NCBI GenBank assembly: GCA_963695555.1
Contig: CAVOGR010000002.1
Location: 486,779-550,778 of the forward strand
From: an uncultured Gemmatimonadales bacterium
Lineage (GTDB): Bacteria; Gemmatimonadota; Gemmatimonadetes; Gemmatimonadales; GWC2-71-9
Direction: 5' to 3'
DNA length: 64,000 nt
The notes under the pieces were generated by a model. The model was not told where the DNA came from and did no database searches. It was given only the letters and a program-made list of their open reading frames with translations. Below, piece by piece: positions 38,938 to 48,920 of this stretch; within the stretch, counting starts at the first letter, position 1, and each line of letters opens with the position of its first letter. Both the position numbers and the translations under genes were made by a program.

Positions 38938-39481
38938 CTATTCCCCTAAGGGTGTGGGGGCTTCTCCTTGACGGAGCCGTACAGCAAGCCACGCCCGGGC
39001 GGCTCGCCAATCGCGCATCACGGTGGCCTCGGATAGGTCCAGGAGTTCCGCCGTCTCCTTGACGTCAAAGCCCCCGAAGAATCTGCTCTCGACCATTGCC
39101 GCCTGCCGCGGCGCCACCTGGGCCAACTCTTCCAACGCTTCATCGAGACACGAGGACGTCAGCGGCGGTCGCGGTCGCTTTGTCGAGTTCGTCATCGAAG
39201 GTAACGAGGGCAGCGCCGGCGCCTCGCTTCTCGGTGCTCTTGCGCCGCGCCGCGTCGACTAGCACTTGTCGCATGGCGCGGGCGGCAATGCGCTTGAAAT
39301 GGAGCTTGGACGACACGTCGAGCGACGAGGTGCGGGCCAGCTTGAGCCAGGCTTCGTGGACCAGCGCAGTGGGGTTGAGGGTGGCACTCGCGTTGTCTCG
39401 CCGAATGCTCGACGCAAGGCGGCGTAGCTCCTCATAGGCCAGGCTGAACCATTCGTCGAGCGTGGGCTCGTGTTCGGCCAT
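38938..39481 (-). pseudogene. ECF sigma factor (TIGR02999-like), frameshift near 39150
   Basis: YEELRRLA, TLNPTALVHEAWLKL, AARAMRQVLVDAAR, RFFGG, TVMRDWRAARAWL. Confidence 0.88.
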
Positions 39482-39687
39482 ATACCCCGGCTCCTGAGAT
39501 TTCAGACGGCCATCGTGACAGCGCGCCCGCTCATTCCGCGTATTACCAATTGGGCACCGCACCGCCGTGCAGCCCGAAAACAGCGCGGGCGACCATGAGC
39601 CGCCCACGGGATACACTATCGCCCGGCGACGGGGTCGGCAACAGGCACTGGTGGCAGTGCGGCCCGACCTACCGGAGGGCGCGACGA

Positions 39688-39999
39688 ATGCTGGCTGGAG
39701 GGAACCCGTTCGTGACCGTGGACAAGCAAGCCGTGATCGGCGGCCTCAGGGCGATCGGTTCGCGCGACCCCGACGTCCTGCGGGCCAGGAAACTGGCCAT
39801 GATCCGAAGCCTCCGGCTCCCGAAGCTGCTCGGCGGCGGGCTCCTCCTTCTCGGGGTGGTGCTGTCGCGCACCCTCGCCGGCTTAGCAGCCGGCGTTCCG
39901 GTCGTGCTGGTGGGCGTATGGCTTTGGTGGCGGGGTGCCAGAAATGTCGCGGCGGTGGAGGCAGGCTACTCCGAATTCGTCAAGTCGCCAACCGGGTGA
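39688..39999 (+). CDS. Small membrane protein
   Basis: Two TM segments; GSRDPDVL. Confidence 0.55.
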   Translation: MLAGGNPFVTVDKQAVIGGLRAIGSRDPDVLRARKLAMIRSLRLPKLLGGGLLLLGVVLSRTLAGLAAGVPVVLVGVWLWWRGARNVAAVEAGYSEFVKSPTG

Positions 40000-40094
40000 T
40001 GCGGCAGGACAAGGCGACTGGGCCCGGCTCGGTAACTGTCAACGATCACTTCACGGACGTCTTCGCAATGCAATCGATCAACGGAGGACAGACC

Positions 40095-41237
40095 ATGACT
40101 TTGCGTCAGCATCGATTCGCCCTCGTGCTCGCTGGGGCGGCTCTCGGACTAGTCGGCCAGCCCCTTGCAGGACAGGCAAGCCAGGCTTGTGCAGCGCAGC
40201 CATCCTGTGCCGAGGTGGCGACCTTCATCGCGACCATCACCGATTTTCGCGAGAGTACCACAGGGACATACCGGCTGGTGTCGGCCACCATCCGCTTCCA
40301 AAACAAGACTCCGGCCCCCCTGGTGCTGGGGTATGTCTCCGGCTCTGGGCTGGCTGTGGATGATCGGGGCAACCGGTATCAGGTGCAGGGCGGACGCGGG
40401 GTGCGCGGAATCGGGGAAGTCAACGCCAACACCTTCGATCCCAAGTTCGTGTTGCAGCCTGGGGAAGTGAGCGATGCCCGCTTCGAGTTGGTTTGGCAGC
40501 CGCGCCGTGGCGACATCTTCGGCACGACCTACGAGATCGATTTGGCGGTCCGGGAAATCGACCCCGTGACCGCGTCGCAGTACCGGTTGGGCAAGGAGCA
40601 CGTGCTCCACTTCCGTGGCTTCGGCGAAGGCGCTGCCGCCGCTGCCGCGGGCCCGGCCGCGCCATCTGGTGGCGAACCCGCGGCGACCGAGGCGGCGATG
40701 CCGGTCAAGGACCCGTGCGGCGGCGATGTCCGCTGCAACCACGCCGGCCCGTTCGTGGCCGAGGTGGTCCGGGTCAATCTGAGCAAACGTGATCCCTACA
40801 ACGACCAGATCGTGGAGACCACGGTCCGGTTCAGCAACGTGTCCAATGAGCCGCTCGTCATCGGGTATCAGTCCGGCTCGAGTGTCATGGTGGACGACGT
40901 CGGCAACCGCTACGTGTGGGGCCGCCGCGGCACGCACGACACCAGCGTCAAGGGGATCGGTCTCGTTACCGGACGCTCGGCGGATCCCTCGTTTCGGCTC
41001 GACCCGGGACAGTCGCGGAACGCAACCTTCACCGTCTGGTTCCGCGCCGGCCGGAGGCAGGTGGGTACCCGCTACGCCTTCGACTTCACGGTCGAGCAGT
41101 TGGAGATTCTACCGAGCCAGCAGGTCCGGTCGGTGCGCGAGTATGCGGTGGGATTCCGCGATCTCACCACCGGCTCTTGGGGTGGGGCCGGCGGGCTGCT
41201 CGGGGACGTGCTGAAGGCGCTTCAGGGTAAGAAGTAG
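40095..41237 (+). CDS. Secreted protein with two tandem homologous beta-rich domains
   Basis: GGAGG RBS, signal peptide; repeated RF.N....PLV.GY.SGS...DD.GNRY...GIG.V....DP.F.L.PG. Confidence 0.75.
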   Translation: MTLRQHRFALVLAGAALGLVGQPLAGQASQACAAQPSCAEVATFIATITDFRESTTGTYRLVSATIRFQNKTPAPLVLGYVSGSGLAVDDRGNRYQVQGGRGVRGIGEVNANTFDPKFVLQPGEVSDARFELVWQPRRGDIFGTTYEIDLAVREIDPVTASQYRLGKEHVLHFRGFGEGAAAAAAGPAAPSGGEPAATEAAMPVKDPCGGDVRCNHAGPFVAEVVRVNLSKRDPYNDQIVETTVRFSNVSNEPLVIGYQSGSSVMVDDVGNRYVWGRRGTHDTSVKGIGLVTGRSADPSFRLDPGQSRNATFTVWFRAGRRQVGTRYAFDFTVEQLEILPSQQVRSVREYAVGFRDLTTGSWGGAGGLLGDVLKALQGKK

Positions 41238-41299
41238 CACGCCGAGCGGAGCAGTGAATTGGAGCGAGCCCTGGCGGAGGATTCACGTCCAGGCTCGCT

Positions 41300-41956
41300 T
41301 CAGCCTCTGCCGTCCTTCCGCCCGGTGCGGAGTTTGTTTCTGACCTCGCGCACTACGCGACGCGCGAGCGCGCTCTTGTTACGGGTCACGAACCGGGCGA
41401 CTGCGTCTGGCCTCCGAACGGCCAGCGCTCGCAGCGCCCAGGACATAGCCTTCACCACCATGTCATCGCGGTCGTCCCTCAGCCGGCGGCACACGTCGAG
41501 CGTGCGTTTCACGTCGCCGCGGCCGCCTTGCGACTTGACGTTGAGCGCGACGGTAGAAACCAGGGCCGCCCGCCGCCACCAGCGATCATCCGACCGGGCC
41601 CACCGACGAATAGTAGCGTCCGATATCTGGTTGTTTTGCCAGGCCTGCCCGGCGAGGCCCGCGAACGAATCGACATCTCCCCAGCCACGCATGTGCCGAC
41701 CGAGGTGCTCCAGATCACGCACGCCAAGCCGAGAGAGTGCGGTCGGGTGATAGCGGATCAGCTCGTACACAAACGGGTAGGCTCCCGGCGGGGCCAGCTC
41801 GATGATGGCCGAGCCCAACGCGATCACGTCTCGGGGTGGCCACGAGGCCACCTGCTTCGAGACTTCCCGGCGCACGGCACGGAGCGCGGCCGCGTTGAGC
41901 GGCCGTGCGGCCCTCAGGCGTCTGGCGATCTTGGTCGCATACGCTCCAACGACCAT
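41300..41956 (-). CDS. DNA alkylation repair protein (AlkD-like HEAT)
   Basis: WGDVDSF, WARSDDRWWRRAALV, DRDDMVVKAMSWALR. Confidence 0.85.
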   Translation of the reverse strand: MVVGAYATKIARRLRAARPLNAAALRAVRREVSKQVASWPPRDVIALGSAIIELAPPGAYPFVYELIRYHPTALSRLGVRDLEHLGRHMRGWGDVDSFAGLAGQAWQNNQISDATIRRWARSDDRWWRRAALVSTVALNVKSQGGRGDVKRTLDVCRRLRDDRDDMVVKAMSWALRALAVRRPDAVARFVTRNKSALARRVVREVRNKLRTGRKDGRG

Positions 41957-42008
41957 CTACTTCACCGGCGGTAATCAGACATCGAGGGTGAGTCGTCGCC
42001 AACCCACG

Positions 42009-42359
42009 TTAGCGCGAGGCGCCGAATTCGTTGATATCGAGCGAAAACCTGGCATTGTCGGTAAGAACCAGACGATTCCCGGCCACCGCATAGACCAGTG
42101 CGGCGGTATCGATATCGTCTGGGATCACATTGACGATCAGTCCGGAGGAACTCAGCGAGAAAATGCGGGTACGCAGCTCGGGGCGGCGCTGCCACTCATT
42201 CTTTCCGGGCTGAAAAATGAAGGCGTATCCTTGCACTTCGTGATAATTGCCGGAGCCTCCGGTAATGCTTCCCACGAAGTGGCGGCGGAGGTCTTCCTCG
42301 AACAAGCGTCGAGTGATGACATGGACCTTCGTTCCAATCTCGAGTGTCGACTCCGACCT
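42009..42359 (-). CDS. Hypothetical protein; start codon reads AGG 7 nt after an AAGGAG RBS
   Basis: KVHVITRRLFEEDLRRHFVG...SLDINEFG; start probably a miscalled or mutated ATG. Confidence 0.55.
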   Translation of the reverse strand, partial: RSESTLEIGTKVHVITRRLFEEDLRRHFVGSITGGSGNYHEVQGYAFIFQPGKNEWQRRPELRTRIFSLSSSGLIVNVIPDDIDTAALVYAVAGNRLVLTDNARFSLDINEFGASR

Positions 42360-42561
42360 GCTGCAACTCCTTTCGTTGGGTCCAGCGTGCCGCGCCAGTT
42401 CTAAGGACAAGCTACTTCGTACGCCGGTCTGCGCCACTGCCGCCTTGGAGCTGACCGGGTCGCGCCATGACAGCTCCAGCCGCCAACCTGCGTAATGCGG
42501 GGTGAGGCCCCCATGGGGCCCGCGAGAGCGAAGAGTCCGTCCCCCGTCACCGGAGCGAGCC

Positions 42562-42915
42562 ATGGACCAGCGAGGCCTCATCTCGTCGATCTTCGATTTA
42601 TCGTTCACCCACTTCATCACGCCCAAGATCCAGCGGTTTCTCTACGCACTGCTGTTGGTCGCAAGCGGCGTCGCGGCCGTGGCCGTATTGATCGCCGCCC
42701 TTGGCATGGCAGGCGGCTTCTTCGGGAAGCTCGGCGCTCTGATCATAGGCGTTCCGCTTGCGGGCTTGGTCTTCCTGCTCATGGCGATGTACTTCCGGGT
42801 GATGATGGAAATCTTGATCGTGGTCTTCAGAGCCGTCGACTACCTGCGCGACATCTCCGTCTCGGTCGAGGCCCGTCCGATGGGTGGTAGCGGCGCGTCC
42901 CAGCGCGTCGGGTAG
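42562..42915 (+). CDS. DUF4282 membrane protein
   Basis: IFDLSFTHFITPKI...RVMMEILIVVFR. Confidence 0.8.
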   Translation: MDQRGLISSIFDLSFTHFITPKIQRFLYALLLVASGVAAVAVLIAALGMAGGFFGKLGALIIGVPLAGLVFLLMAMYFRVMMEILIVVFRAVDYLRDISVSVEARPMGGSGASQRVG

Positions 42916-42984
42916 CGACCCCTCGGCTGCCTACACACCCCGGTCGGTTCCCTGCCGAGGTCTACGGCCGTGTTCGGTGCTGGG

Positions 42985-43515
42985 TCAACCCAACGCTCCC
43001 GGTTCGGTGCCGCCGGACGCGAACAGCTGGAGCTCCTCCGCGTCCTCGGAAAGGCGGACGGTCCGCTCGAACCTGAGTCCGATCTTCTCGAGGATCCGGA
43101 TTGAGCCGGCATTGTCCGGGACGGTGATGGCCACGATCCGGCCGAGCCCTAGCTGCGCCCTGGCGTAGGCCAGCACCGCGGCGGCCGCTTCGTAGGCGTA
43201 TCCCCGAGACCGGTAGCGGGGCAGAAAGGCGAAACCGATGTCGACATCCGGCAGCGACTCACGCTTGAGCAGTCCGCACATGCCGATTGGGCTCCCGTCA
43301 CCCTTCAGCATCACCAGATAGAGACCAAAGCCGAATTGCTGGTAACTGGCGATGGGTCCGGACAGGATGTAGTCGCGTGCGTCCGCGACCGTCCGGACGC
43401 CCTTGTCGCCCACGTACTCGAGAAACGCGGGGTCGGTAAGGAGTTCGAGAATGAACTCGGCGTCGTCGGTCGAGAGCCGCCGGAGAGTGAGACGCTCCGT
43501 CTCGAGGACTCTCAC
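42985..43515 (-). CDS. GNAT acetyltransferase (RimJ/RimL-like)
   Basis: LETERLTLR, IGMCGL.KR..L.DVDIGFAF, N..SIRILEKIG. Confidence 0.9.
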   Translation of the reverse strand: MRVLETERLTLRRLSTDDAEFILELLTDPAFLEYVGDKGVRTVADARDYILSGPIASYQQFGFGLYLVMLKGDGSPIGMCGLLKRESLPDVDIGFAFLPRYRSRGYAYEAAAAVLAYARAQLGLGRIVAITVPDNAGSIRILEKIGLRFERTVRLSEDAEELQLFASGGTEPGALG

Positions 43516-43588
43516 CGGCGCCTCACGGCCTTTGCGCCAGTGATGGATCGGGACCGGGTCGACGCGCTCTCGTCGTCCGCTGCACCGA

Positions 43589-43969
43589 TTACCTGCGCAT
43601 GGCGAGGTAGAGCCCGCTGAAATACGGGACTAGCCACACCAGCCACACGATGAGCGAGTAGCGGCGAAACCCGATCCGTGCCTGCTCGCTGCCGCGCCGG
43701 ACCACCTCGGTGGCCCAGATGGCATGGGCCAGCATCAGCCAGAGGGCAATCTGCCCGCTCAGCGTGTGCGGGTCCCGCAGATCGAACCGCCCTTCCGCCA
43801 GGCGGTGCATGGCCCACGTGCCCGAGACATCTAACAGAAATCCAGTCCAGAAAGCAGCGACGTGCCAGGGTTTGAGATAGCGGGCAATTCGCTCGGCCCA
43901 GACCCCAAGGGAATAGAACACCAGCGCGAGCGTAATGAGCGTGGCGGATACGACGACGGGCGTTGGCAT
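43589..43969 (-). CDS. HsmA/TIGR03987-like membrane protein
   Basis: ITLALVFYSLGVWAE...LKPWH...FW.G...D..GT..M. Confidence 0.8.
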   Translation of the reverse strand: MPTPVVVSATLITLALVFYSLGVWAERIARYLKPWHVAAFWTGFLLDVSGTWAMHRLAEGRFDLRDPHTLSGQIALWLMLAHAIWATEVVRRGSEQARIGFRRYSLIVWLVWLVPYFSGLYLAMRR

Positions 43970-43984
43970 TGGAGGCAACCGTGA

Positions 43985-44647
43985 CTAAAGCGCTCGTGGC
44001 AATGGTTCGTCGGTACGTCTCGCTCGTTGCCGAATTGCACTGCGCATCATGAGCACGATCACCAGAATCCACCATACTCCCGTGAGGGGACCGAGATCGA
44101 TGAGTCCCGATTCTGCAGGGACTCCGGGGAAGGTCGCCAGGTTGAAGATCAAGAGGGCCGTAGCGGAGACAACGCCAAAGACCCCGATGAAACGACCAAA
44201 ATCCCGGTGCTGAAACATGGCGATCGACAAGAGCACAACGCCGGCGCAGTAAAAAATGTCGAAACACACATCGATGCCGAGCTGCACCTGATTTACCAGA
44301 CTGAAGGCGGTACGCAGCGTCTCTGTGCGGTCGCTACCGGCGGCCTCGGTGAGGAACTGATCGTAGCGCAGAAACACCGTCTGCTGAACCACGAGCATGA
44401 GGGTGAAGAGGGCGAAGGCAATCACCAGGAAGACCCGTCCCGGCCCCACGGTCGAAAGACCTTCCTGCGTCTCGAGCCGTCGAGAGATTTCCAGAACGCC
44501 GAGGATCGCAACGGGTCCGATAGCGAAAACCAGGGCGAGGATGATGTTGTTCACGTTGCGGATCACACCCAGCGCGGCCGCGAGGTACACACAGACAACG
44601 ACGAGTCCGAGGATTCCGAGCAAAACGACGATTCTCGACCTGGTCAC
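43985..44647 (-). CDS. Multi-pass membrane protein
   Basis: About 6 TM segments; GIDVCFDIF, NLATFP..PA..GLIDLGP. Confidence 0.7.
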   Translation of the reverse strand: MTRSRIVVLLGILGLVVVCVYLAAALGVIRNVNNIILALVFAIGPVAILGVLEISRRLETQEGLSTVGPGRVFLVIAFALFTLMLVVQQTVFLRYDQFLTEAAGSDRTETLRTAFSLVNQVQLGIDVCFDIFYCAGVVLLSIAMFQHRDFGRFIGVFGVVSATALLIFNLATFPGVPAESGLIDLGPLTGVWWILVIVLMMRSAIRQRARRTDEPLPRAL

Positions 44648-44781
44648 GCGTCCCTCCTCGCTACCGGGCGACGGGTTGAGTGAGGTTTACTGCTTTACAC
44701 GCTCTGGTGCTGGGTATGCCAGCTGGTCGCCTGCTCGTCGGCGTGTCCGGTCTTTCACTCGCTGAGATCCTGCTATCCATA

Positions 44782-45399
44782 CTACGATCGCATGGCAATA
44801 CTGAGCGCCATGGTGACGTTGACCGACGCATGGAGAATCCACGGCCCGACAATGGACCCTGACCTGATACGAACCCAGCCCGCAAACAGGGCGGCAAGGA
44901 ACACAAACACGAGAACGGGCCACATTTCGGGCATCACGGAGAGAATAAGCAAATGTGGTAGCAGGAAGATCGATGCCTGGAACACGTTGGCCCAGGGAAG
45001 CGGCAGCCTGCGCGAGAGGCTTCCCGCAACCAAACCGCGGAATAGCAATTCCTCACTGAAGCCGGTCTGCACGATCCCGTACAGGAATGCCATGGCCAGC
45101 GCCTGGGGCCCGAGTCCCAACCCAGTGAATACCCGTTGAGCCGATCCTTGCCTGGTGAAGGGGTCGAGCGGTGGTGGCCAAACCAGGAGAATGGTGACCA
45201 TGGCCAACGACGCGGCCACGCAATACCAGAGATACTCCCTCTCGCCCATCTGGAGGCCGGCCCGACGGAGCACCTCGGCGAACGAGCGTCCACGACGCCT
45301 GTGGTGATAGACGTAATAAATGGTGAAGGGCAACCCGGCCAAGAGAACCAGGTTGGTCAAGGCGGAGAGTACGCTGTTGCCGATCATTGCGGATAGCAT
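44782..45399 (-). CDS. CPBP (CAAX) intramembrane glutamic endopeptidase
   Basis: EELLFRG, F...H, SGSI..PWILH...N. Confidence 0.88.
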   Translation of the reverse strand: MLSAMIGNSVLSALTNLVLLAGLPFTIYYVYHHRRRGRSFAEVLRRAGLQMGEREYLWYCVAASLAMVTILLVWPPPLDPFTRQGSAQRVFTGLGLGPQALAMAFLYGIVQTGFSEELLFRGLVAGSLSRRLPLPWANVFQASIFLLPHLLILSVMPEMWPVLVFVFLAALFAGWVRIRSGSIVGPWILHASVNVTMALSIAMRS

Positions 45400-45519
45400 C
45401 TCCTCGAGACGGTCACGCTACCAGCAGCTCACTGCGCGGCGGTTGCGTGTTAGGCGGTCCCGCATCCCGCCAGGCCAAGCGCGGCGAACAGCAACAGGAG
45501 AAGACGCACTCCGCCCCTG

Positions 45520-47223
45520 CTAGAACCCGCCGCCCCCGCCGCCCCCTCCGCCCCCTCCCGACGAGCCTCCGCTGAAGCCCGACCCGCCCGAGCTGCGCGG
45601 CGAGGACGACATGGTGCTGCTCGCACGCGACGACAGGGCGCTCATGCGGTCGGAAAAGCCGCTCGCGTTGAAGGTCGAGATATTGCCGGCATACCACTGC
45701 GGCGGCTCCTGGAAAATACCCTCGAACGCCTTGGCCCACTGCTTCTCTACTCCGAAGGCCATGGCGAACGGCAGGAACCGTTCGAACATCTCCGGCGTGC
45801 GGACTATTCGCCGGTACTTGTCCGACTCGACTCGGTGGAGAAAGTCCTCGAAGCCGAGCACCCGCTCCCGGGTGCGTGCACCGGCCACGGTCCGGGCGGG
45901 CATGACGAAGGCGAATCCTACGACGATGATCGCCACCAGCACCGCGGCCACAAAGAACGGCACCGGGGTCATGCTGAGCTTGGCAGAGAGCGCGGCGCCC
46001 GCCACGCCGATGAGCACGCCTGCGGCAATGCCGCCGGCAGTCCAGATTCCCTGGACCGTTTGGGGGCGCTTCCGATAGTAGCCGTGCCCGATCAGCCGGT
46101 CGAAGATCGCGCTCTTAATGCCGGGCAGGCTGGTATAGAACTCGTTCTCGAGATCGGATAGCTCGACTGCCTTGGCCCCGCTCGCGAAGACGCCGCTCAG
46201 TACCCGCTGTTCGTGTGGTGTGAGCGGGCGCGTGTCGGCCGCCGGCTCGAGCCGGTGAAACACCACTTCCTGGTCCTTAATCAGGCCGAATAGCTTCCGC
46301 TCCTCGCGCTCCTCGATCTTCATGTGGCCGTTGACGGCCAGGTCCACCAGGGTGGCGGTCACGTCCCGCATGTCGGCCGAGTTGTCCATTAGCGTGCCGG
46401 CTTCGGCGGGGGTCATCCCCTCCGGTGGCTCGTACTGGACCGGCACCGGCCGCGGCTCGGGGTCCCGACCGTGGCGGCGCCAGAGCGTGAGCATCGCGAA
46501 GAACGCGACGATCGGGAGTCCGAGCGGCCAGTTGTTCTCGAAGAAGCCAATCGCGCGATCGGTCTTGGTTGGTTCCGTAACGAGTCCCTTGTTCCAGCCG
46601 ACTACCGCCGTCAGCCCTTCGTGGAACTCGAGCCGGTGGGGCATCGCGATCCGGATGGTCGTGCCGTCTTGTTCGACCGATGCATCGCGCGCCGTCGAGC
46701 CGTAGGCTCCGTTGAAGGCGATCGCCCGAATTCCCTCCGCCCCGCCGGGCAGGGTGATCTGGGCGGTGGCGGCCTCGATCGGCACCTCCCACTCGTCGCC
46801 GGTCACGTTCCAGTAGAGCTCGTCGTGGTCTTCGAAGAAGCGCAGGCCGTTCTCGGCCCGGTACCTGAGCACCACGGTTCGGGTCGCGTCCTCGGCGCCC
46901 GGCACCCAGATCTTGTACTTGAGGTAGTGGCGCTCGCGGCTGGCCTCCGTCTTGAGCGCCTGGCCCTGCCCGTCCGTCACGCTCACCAGTTTGAGTCGAA
47001 GGGTCCAGTTGAAGCCCTGCGGTGTATGGTACTTGACGGGGATCGTTCGAAAGACGCCGTTCCACTTCCCGGTGAACCGCGGGGAGATGGTCTCCGTGAC
47101 GTCGATCGAGCCGTCGCGATTGACCGTAATGGCCGCATCGAACCGCTCGATCACGAGCGAGCGCTGGGCCTGGCCAGGGGCGGCAAGGGCCAACGAGGCG
47201 ATGAGGAGCAGGAGGACTCTCAT
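45520..47223 (-). CDS. DUF2207 domain membrane protein
   Basis: DGSIDVTETI, DELYWNVTG, LPFAMAFGV..WA..F, Gly/Ser tail. Confidence 0.9.
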   Translation of the reverse strand: MRVLLLLIASLALAAPGQAQRSLVIERFDAAITVNRDGSIDVTETISPRFTGKWNGVFRTIPVKYHTPQGFNWTLRLKLVSVTDGQGQALKTEASRERHYLKYKIWVPGAEDATRTVVLRYRAENGLRFFEDHDELYWNVTGDEWEVPIEAATAQITLPGGAEGIRAIAFNGAYGSTARDASVEQDGTTIRIAMPHRLEFHEGLTAVVGWNKGLVTEPTKTDRAIGFFENNWPLGLPIVAFFAMLTLWRRHGRDPEPRPVPVQYEPPEGMTPAEAGTLMDNSADMRDVTATLVDLAVNGHMKIEEREERKLFGLIKDQEVVFHRLEPAADTRPLTPHEQRVLSGVFASGAKAVELSDLENEFYTSLPGIKSAIFDRLIGHGYYRKRPQTVQGIWTAGGIAAGVLIGVAGAALSAKLSMTPVPFFVAAVLVAIIVVGFAFVMPARTVAGARTRERVLGFEDFLHRVESDKYRRIVRTPEMFERFLPFAMAFGVEKQWAKAFEGIFQEPPQWYAGNISTFNASGFSDRMSALSSRASSTMSSSPRSSGGSGFSGGSSGGGGGGGGGGGF

Positions 47224-47780
47224 GGCCGCTGCTTCAAGTCGATGTCGGGCACGGCTCCCTCCGACCTGTCGTCGAGCCCGAAGAACTCGCGTGGCCCGAA
47301 ACGGAACCCGTTCGCGATCAGGTTGGAGGGGAACTGGGCGATCTTGGTGTTGAAGTCGCGGACTACGGCGTTGTAGTAGCGCCGGGCGTTTTGGATGTGG
47401 TCTTCGATCTCAGCCAGGGATTTCTGAAGCGAGAGGAAGCTGGCCGCCGCCTTGAGGTCGGGATAGGCCTCCGCCAGCGCGAAGATCTGGCGTACCGATC
47501 CACTGAGCGCTCCTTCGGCGGTGCCGCTCTCGGCCGGCCCGGCCGCACTCATGGCGCGGTTCCGGGCGCTGACCACGGCCTCGAGCGTGCCCTTCTCGTA
47601 GCCCGCGTGGCCCTGGACCGCCGCGACCAGGCTCGGAATGAGGTCATGTCGACGTTTCAGTTGTACGTCGATGTCGGCCCAGGCGTTGTCGGCCAGGAGC
47701 CGGAGCCGCGCCAAACTGTTGTAGGTGACGATGACGAACGCGATCAGCACTGCAAGGGCAAGGAGGACGGGTAGTCCCAT
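47220..47780 (-). CDS. lemA: LemA family protein
   Basis: AWADIDVQLKRRHDLIP, EAYPDLKA, ARRYYN..V..FN. Confidence 0.93.
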   Translation of the reverse strand: MGLPVLLALAVLIAFVIVTYNSLARLRLLADNAWADIDVQLKRRHDLIPSLVAAVQGHAGYEKGTLEAVVSARNRAMSAAGPAESGTAEGALSGSVRQIFALAEAYPDLKAAASFLSLQKSLAEIEDHIQNARRYYNAVVRDFNTKIAQFPSNLIANGFRFGPREFFGLDDRSEGAVPDIDLKQRP

Positions 47781-47913
47781 AGTCGGCTCCGACGGAGGGA
47801 GACGGGTTTACTCTGCCTAAACTACCGACCCTCTCACCTGGCGCCAGGTGGGGGAGACCGAATGCCCCGCGGGTTCACCGGCGCCAGAGGACCATCGATA
47901 GGAAGCGCCTGCG

Positions 47914-48228
47914 CTACTGCACCCGGCGAAATGTCGTACTCGTGCCGATCCGGACATCCTGAAGCACCAGGCTGTCGGTACTCAATGCGAGTATCCGCTT
48001 TCGCTGTACGCCAAGCTCTGCCGATCCAAAATCGACCACCATGACATCGCCTTCCAGGACATACGGGTGTTCTTGCATGTCGAACTCGTAGAGCACGGTC
48101 GAGTCCCGGATGTCGAAGTCGAAACTCGGGCCGCCGGCCGTCCATGCGCCGAGCAACTCCCGCTGCTGGACTTCAGGGGAAGGGGCGCACGCGAGGTATA
48201 GCGCCGGTAGCAAAATCGACAGCAACAA
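47914..48228 (-). CDS. Hypothetical lipoprotein
   Basis: Hydrophobic N-terminus with LAC; LLGAW lipocalin-like motif. Confidence 0.55.
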   Translation of the reverse strand: MLLSILLPALYLACAPSPEVQQRELLGAWTAGGPSFDFDIRDSTVLYEFDMQEHPYVLEGDVMVVDFGSAELGVQRKRILALSTDSLVLQDVRIGTSTTFRRVQ

Positions 48229-48296
48229 TCTCGCTCTAGAGATCAGCTTCCTCCGTTTCCCTGGCGCCCGAACGCCAGCTCCATCGTCACTCCGCC

Positions 48297-48920
48297 TCAG
48301 CGTGCCCGGTCCTGCTCGCTGGCCCGCCGCTCGGTCTCGCGGTCTAGGATTTCACGCAGGGCCACGATCACCGGATGGTCGGCCGTAAACCGCCGCCCGT
48401 ACTCCAGGTTGTAACGATAGTCGAAGTCGGGTGGGTTGGCCCCCTGGGTGTGCTGCAGGATGGTCTCCAATTTGTCGAGCGCCTTGGCCACCCGTGCCTC
48501 GGGCGATGTCGCCGCCTCGTATTCGTCCCAGAGCGCGGTAATCTCCGCCCGGAGTGTCGCCGGCAGGGGCTCGAGCAGGGTCAGGAGGTCCCGCCGTTCC
48601 TGGCCCGCCTTGTCCGCTCCGGAGTCCTCGGCCAATCGCCGCGTCTGTTCGGGTGCCGGGATATCGCCGCCGATCGCTTCACCCAGGTCGTGGACGATGC
48701 AGATCTTCAACAGCCTCGCGACGTCGACCTCGGGAAACTCGGGCGCGAGCACCAACGTCATGAGGCAGAGGCGCCACGTGTGCTCGGCCACGCTTTCCGG
48801 ACGCCCCGCCGAGGTGTAGCCGCTTCGGGGTGTGGCCTTGAGCCGCTCCGCGGTGCGGAGGAACTCCACGATGCCGCTCAGGTCCATGGGCTGCTTCGCC
48901 GTTGATTTCCTCTTATGCAT
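48297..48920 (-). CDS. HD domain phosphohydrolase
   Basis: R.G...GRPESVAEHTWRL, VHDLGE, KALDKLE. Confidence 0.9.
   Translation of the reverse strand: MHKRKSTAKQPMDLSGIVEFLRTAERLKATPRSGYTSAGRPESVAEHTWRLCLMTLVLAPEFPEVDVARLLKICIVHDLGEAIGGDIPAPEQTRRLAEDSGADKAGQERRDLLTLLEPLPATLRAEITALWDEYEAATSPEARVAKALDKLETILQHTQGANPPDFDYRYNLEYGRRFTADHPVIVALREILDRETERRASEQDRAR

Noticed and set aside
45520..45610. C-rich low-complexity/G-quadruplex-like tract
   Set aside because: Encodes the usual Gly/Ser tail of DUF2207 proteins
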